Shown one piece after another: positions 60,960 to 64,000 of a stretch of DNA of 64,000 bases. The position numbers and the translations under genes are program-made. Source of the stretch: Emiliania huxleyi CCMP1516. Taxonomy: Eukaryota. The number at the start of each line of letters is the position of its first letter. The first letter of the stretch is position 1. Location of the stretch: assembly GCF_000372725.1 (NCBI RefSeq), contig NW_005201360.1, forward strand, positions 208,881-272,880, given 5' to 3'. The notes beneath the pieces were generated by a model. The model was not told the origin of the DNA and did no database searches. It saw only the letters and a program-made list of their open reading frames with translations.

Positions 60960-61385
60960 GTGGGACATTGAGACCGGTCATGAATGAGTGCGCGACACGC
61001 ATGTTGCGAGCAGCGTTGTTGATGTTCTGCGCGTCGCCACAGACGGCGGCGCGCGAGAGCTGTTGCGAGTGGTGCTGGACGAAGCCCCGGGCGCTGCCGG
61101 AGGCTGTGCCGTAGTCGGTGCGGTCGACGGCGCTCGGGCTGCCGACCTCTTTGGCGAAGTTGAAGATGATTCTCTTGGTCGGCGGCGCAATGCCGCCCTG
61201 GCTTTCGACGAGACCAATTTTGACGATTCCGTTCATGCATCATGGCATGGAGCGCGTCGTAGTACTGTCCCTTGTGCTCTTTGACCCAGCCTTTGCCGGT
61301 CGCATGGACGAGCGGCCCCTGTGACTTGTGGCCGCGCTCTTTGCACCCAAGAACCTTGAGCAAGGTTTGGTCGAGGGTGCCGCCT
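60960..61385 (-). mobile_element. 3' remnant of an RLE-type (CRE-like) non-LTR retrotransposon ORF, frameshifted
   Basis: LGCKERG...HATGKGWVKEHKGQYYDAL / IGLVESQGG...DRTDYG...GFVQHHSQQLSRAAVCGDAQNI resembles the C-terminal end of restriction-like endonuclease domains (recognised from memory). Confidence 0.55.
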
Positions 61386-61492
61386 AAAAAATTGTGGTAA
61401 GCCCCCCAAAAAGAAAGAAAAAAACTGTTTTTCCGCGCGAGGACTTTTCGAGACTTTCCGAGAGTTGGCCTTTTTGCCATCGCCCAGCCAGC

Positions 61493-62913
61493 ATGGTGGC
61501 TGACCTGCTGCTGGCTAAGCTGCGCGAGCTACAGGCAACAGTCGAGTCGACAGAGCCGGAGGCGTCCATCCTTCCGACATGCCTCTCCCTCCTCGATCAG
61601 CTCGGCACGGTGCTCGGCGGCGGCGGCCCTCCCCCTTTAACGACCAGGGAGGACCGGTACGGCGGCGTCGAGATTGAGGTACCGATTTCTGCCGCGGACA
61701 CGCCGCACGCGCTCGGCGTTGAGCTCAGCCGCCGGATTGAGCAGTGGGCCGCCGCGGGCAAGCGAGGGCTCTGGCTCAAGATCCCGCTGGAGTGCGCCGC
61801 CTTTGCGGGCTCGGCGGCGGCGCAGGGCTTCCAGTTCCACCACGCAAAGCCGGAGTACGTCGAGATGACCCGCTGGCTGCCTACCGACCAGCCGAGCCCG
61901 CTTCCCGCCTACGCCTTCACCCAGGTACCCACCACCGCTCACCCGAGCCGTCACCAAAGTGTCTACTGCCGCCTTTCGCCCACGCCACCGCCTGCGCCTT
62001 TAGGTCGGCGTCGGCGGCGTCGTCGTCAACTCCGCGGGCCATGTGCTGATGGTGCAGGAGCGCGGCTCGGCAACACCTCGGCCGACTTCAGACCACTTCG
62101 GCTGCCTCGGCCAACCTCGGGCCACCTCGGCTGCACCTCGGCCCAGCTCCAGGCATCCGCCGTGCAGGAGCGCGTCTCTCCGACGGCGAAGATGCAGGGC
62201 AGCTGGAAACTGCCGGGCGGGCGTCGCGCGCGCACCGGAGGGCGAGGCTCTTTGGAGGGCCCTTCTCTGACGCTTCTCGGAGCCTTCCACCAGGCGGGCT
62301 CGCCGATCCGGGTGAGGACTTTGCCGACACGGTCGCGCGCGAGGCGCGCGAGGAGGCCGCCCTGGCCGCCGCCTCCGGCGGACGCCTCTGAGGCTCTCGG
62401 AAGCTTCCCGCAAGGTGCGCGAGGAGACGGGGATCGCCGCCTCGCTGTCCAACGGCGGCGGCGTCGTCTCGCTGCGCCACTCGCACGGTTTCCGGTTCGG
62501 CGTGGGCGACTTGTACGTGGTCTGGCGTGGGAGAGATGCTGAGGCTCGGTCGGGAGGGGGCCGAGAGGCGCGCCGTCGAGAGTAGGCGGCGAGTCTGTGC
62601 GCGAGGGCAGCGCACGCCGCCAAACGGTGACCATGCAACCATTAGTTAGGTGGTCAAGCTCGTGTGCGAGGGCAGCGAGGAGATCCAGATGAACGAGCGC
62701 GAGCTCGCCGGCGCGCGGTGGGTGCCGTGGGAGGAGGTCCGGGCGATGGTGGCGCCTGCGAGCGCAGAGAGCTTTGACGGAAAGGTGAGCCAGACCAACC
62801 TCGATTTCATCTCCAGCGCGCTCAGCGGAGCGCTCATCGCCGGCACGCCCACGCCAAGCAGCCGGCCGGGCGTAAGCTCGATGGTCTACACGGCGCGCGC
62901 AGCGGAGACTTAG
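61493..62913 (+). CDS. Nudix hydrolase (NUDT6 / plant NUDX8-like), multi-exon
   Basis: EDRYGGV, GKRGLWLKIP, GFQFHHAKPEYV, SPLPAYAFTQ|VGVGGVVVN, WKLPG|GLADPGEDFADTVARE|VREETGI (Nudix box). Confidence 0.92.
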
Positions 62914-63933
62914 GCGCCTCTGCTCTACCGTACGCTTGGTTCGGAAATTCGCCCAGACAACCAAACGCAATCCCGCAGCGCGCAAAGCGTGTAAGATTCG
63001 GACTCGTTTATCCATCGCGGTGGACGGATAGCCGCACATGAGTGGGGAGCGGCGTCTTCCCTCTGCACGCCCGCTCCACGATTGCCAGCGCCAGGCGTAG
63101 TGCAGCGGGCGGGTGGGAACCGGATTGGGCGGGGAAGAGACGGGCGGTACTCGTTGTGAAAGACGAGCACGTACGGGGGAAGGACCGAGGGTTGAGGAAA
63201 TCGGGGGACGCGACCCACCTCGCCAGGCAGGACGGTCCCGCGATCCCGCGCGCCTCTCGCGTCCACTGCGCACGGCACTGGTTGCTGTACATATCCTCTC
63301 CGCGCGGCGCGCACCGCCCACCGGGGTCTCTCTGCTCTCCCTCCTCTGCCGACGGGGCGGCTCTAGGTCTAGCTACTCCGCGGAAAAATGCGAAATAAAA
63401 TCCGTCTCCGCACTCCGGAGGTCCGGACTCTCCCGTCTCCGCACTCCGGTCTCTCCGCACCGAAAAAAAGAAAAAGCGGCCGCGAAAAGCACCTCAATCC
63501 TCATCTCGGAGACATCAGATGGGAAAATCATTACCCGTTGGTTACTCTATTCTCGGCATCTCGGTACTCGGACTCGGTCCTCTTTCTTTACATGCGGCTC
63601 TGAGCGGGGGGTTTGAGCGCGGCGGGACACACACCTAAACCAAGCGGCACGTGTGTGTGTGACTGTGCGCGCGCCCCCCGGTGTGCGTGAGGATACCCGC
63701 AAAGATCTCGTCCGCTGCTTGAATCCCCCCCGCAGCGTCGCAGTGTCGCCTGCCTAGTCCTATAAAGTACACCGGCCGCCGACGCAAGAGGCTACCTCCT
63801 GCCGCGCCGGCCGCTTCATCGTCGCCACATGCATCGAACGGCACATCATCTCGACGGCACGTCCCAAAAGGCCCCTGGTCGCAACCCCACGCCCGGCCAG
63901 ACGGCGCGCACACCCTCGGTCCCTCGCTGCGCC

Positions 63934-64000
63934 TCATAGCCGCTTGATGGACTTCTTCTTCTCCTGCCTCCTCTTCTCCGCCTCCTTGGTCTCGATTGGC
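63934..64000 (-). CDS. Probable 3' end of a gene entering from beyond the window
   Basis: Minus-strand frame PIETKEAEKRRQEKKKSIKRL*. Confidence 0.35.
   Translation of the reverse strand, partial: PIETKEAEKRRQEKKKSIKRL

Overview
GC-rich eukaryotic nuclear DNA with many short introns, frequent GC/GA donor sites and 10-11 bp intronic tandem repeats; I infer a haptophyte alga of the Emiliania/Gephyrocapsa huxleyi type. About 25 protein-coding loci or remnants are supported. They include a Zn2Cys6 transcription factor, an ISIP2A/FEA1 iron-uptake protein, M3 peptidase, an ankyrin protein, a [2Fe-2S]-reductase fusion, AI-2E and Amt transporters, a membrane-anchored ADP-ribosyltransferase, a kinase-PDZ-PP2C fusion, BCNT/Swc5, G-patch, DnaJ, steroid 5-alpha reductase, DGAT2, a GT77-like transferase, GlyRS with a Dpy-30-like tail and a Nudix hydrolase. 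The window also holds a divergent 28S rRNA 3' fragment beside a 100-N gap, four TIR elements (two with clean 8-bp TSDs) and a non-LTR retrotransposon remnant. The most striking signal is intron architecture. In many unrelated genes the first 9-35 nt of an intron are a degenerate copy of the first bases of the next exon, and some introns carry internal copies of the exon end or of the spliced exon-exon junction. All exon boundaries were inferred by eye and family names come from motif recognition; no database searches were run.
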